Source of the DNA: Kofleriaceae bacterium
GTDB taxonomy: Bacteria > Myxococcota_A > Polyangia > Haliangiales > Haliangiaceae
Length of the DNA: 64,000 nucleotides
Direction: 5' to 3'
Assembly (NCBI GenBank): GCA_018062915.1
Contig: JAGORH010000017.1
Span: forward strand, 108-64,107
Shown here: positions 63,044 through 64,000 of the stretch, one piece after another
Layout of the letters: the number at the start of each line of letters is the position of its first letter
How positions within the stretch are numbered: the stretch's first letter is position 1
Translations under genes and position numbers: made by a program
Notes under the pieces: generated by a model
What the model was told of the DNA's origin: nothing
Databases searched by the model: none
What the model saw: the letters and a program-made list of their open reading frames with translations, nothing else

Positions 63044-63957
63044 CGGAAGCTCCAGCTCGCGGCGACGCTATTCGAGGTCACCGTAAGGTCCATCCGATCG
63101 AGGGCCTCCCAGTGCTCGGCATCGCGCCATGCGAGCCAATACAGGAGGCCGGCAGCCGCGACCGAAGCGCCGCCAATCGTAGTGAACAAGATCATGCGCG
63201 ACTCTGCGCGCTGACCGTCGGCGACCATGGCGTCAGCTTCGGGCGTCCAGTCTCGGACATGCGATAGCTCGTCTGCTACGGACTGAGCCTGGCGACCGTA
63301 ATAGGCAGCCACGCCGAAGGCGGTGACGGAGAACGCGCCTGCTGCGAGGCCGCCGGCGCGCATGCGCCAGCGACGGCTCGCGGCGCGTTGGCGCGCCGCG
63401 GCGATTTTCTGCTCGCGTCGCTGCGCGTACTCGATCTCCCTTGCCATGTGGTCGCGCTCTTTGGTAACGAGCAGGGACTGTTCGAGAATGTCAGCGTCGA
63501 GGCGGGCGATGTAGGCGCGTGCCTCGGCCGCTGCCCCCAATGGCCCGCCGGCGAGGAACTCGCGAAGCAGCGCCACGGCGCGCCGACGATCTTCAATTGC
63601 TAGCATCCGGAGTCGCACCGACTCTGCCGGATCGGCCGCGTCGATCGGACGTTCGGCACGGTTCTTGTGGGCGAGCGCAAGGTTAAAGCTGAGCGCGACC
63701 CTGAGCCACCGCCTGCCACCGCAGTCTTGTAGGAGATTATCGTAGGCGGCGATGGCATCGTCGTTGGCCCCGGCGCGAAGAAGTTCGTCAGCTTGAGCTC
63801 GCCGCTGCTTGACGTCCTGGCACCGTGAGGGCGGTGTCACGGCGGGAGCGCGGCCGGGCCGTCGGGGCGCCTGTTGAGGATCGGCGCTGGCTTCAGTGAG
63901 CTGTAATGCAACGAAGGCGAGCGTAGTCAATATCATTCGCATTGGGGACTCCCGCAC
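63040..63957 (-). CDS. secreted/membrane-anchored hypothetical protein
   Basis: Signal-like N-terminus MRMILTTLAFVALQLTEASA. Helical Arg/Ala-rich middle. TM segment near the C-terminus (GGLAAGAFSVTAFGVAAYY, IGGASVAAAGLLYWLAW). Start overlaps the stop of the 61919..63043 gene. Confidence 0.5.
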   Translation of the reverse strand: MRESPMRMILTTLAFVALQLTEASADPQQAPRRPGRAPAVTPPSRCQDVKQRRAQADELLRAGANDDAIAAYDNLLQDCGGRRWLRVALSFNLALAHKNRAERPIDAADPAESVRLRMLAIEDRRRAVALLREFLAGGPLGAAAEARAYIARLDADILEQSLLVTKERDHMAREIEYAQRREQKIAAARQRAASRRWRMRAGGLAAGAFSVTAFGVAAYYGRQAQSVADELSHVRDWTPEADAMVADGQRAESRMILFTTIGGASVAAAGLLYWLAWRDAEHWEALDRMDLTVTSNSVAASWSFR

Positions 63958-64000
63958 ACGTCTTCTGGTGACAGCGGCTCGCCACGATTGCGCTGAGCAC

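Overview
Myxococcales-like accessory region, ~70% GC. Lineage markers are a MYXO-CTERM sorting tail, Myxococcus cysteine-rich repeats, three Hanks-type Ser/Thr kinases and many lipoproteins. I resolve about 50 genes; most of the long reverse-frame ORFs in the track are high-GC artefacts. Main points: (1) a prokaryotic viperin (radical-SAM, CxxxCxxC) fused to a thymidylate-kinase-family (CMPK2-like) nucleotide kinase, i.e. a single-polypeptide antiviral pVip candidate. (2) A 14.8 kb, 5-gene, translationally coupled operon of giant signal-peptide-less proteins (541/1444/848/1486/585 aa), low-complexity and Ala/Thr/Gly/Leu/Val-rich, with IPT/TIG-like domains and an MBL/ComEC-like fold in the first gene; function unknown. 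It lies tail-to-tail with (3) a clear bacterial homolog of the eukaryotic major vault protein. (4) A tandem-DUF4157 (HExxH) toxin-like protein followed by two small lipoproteins. (5) A family of (GAGRCS)n hexamer tandem repeats at six intergenic loci, nearly all abutting stop codons. Also present: PrsW plus trypsin-like protease pair, PcnB-like nucleotidyltransferase, a histone-H1-like KKAAPA protein behind a TCGACG-motif array, an ECF sigma/anti-sigma pair, an RTX-repeat lipoprotein, and a lower-GC terminal islet with a MopE-like Cys-rich lipoprotein.
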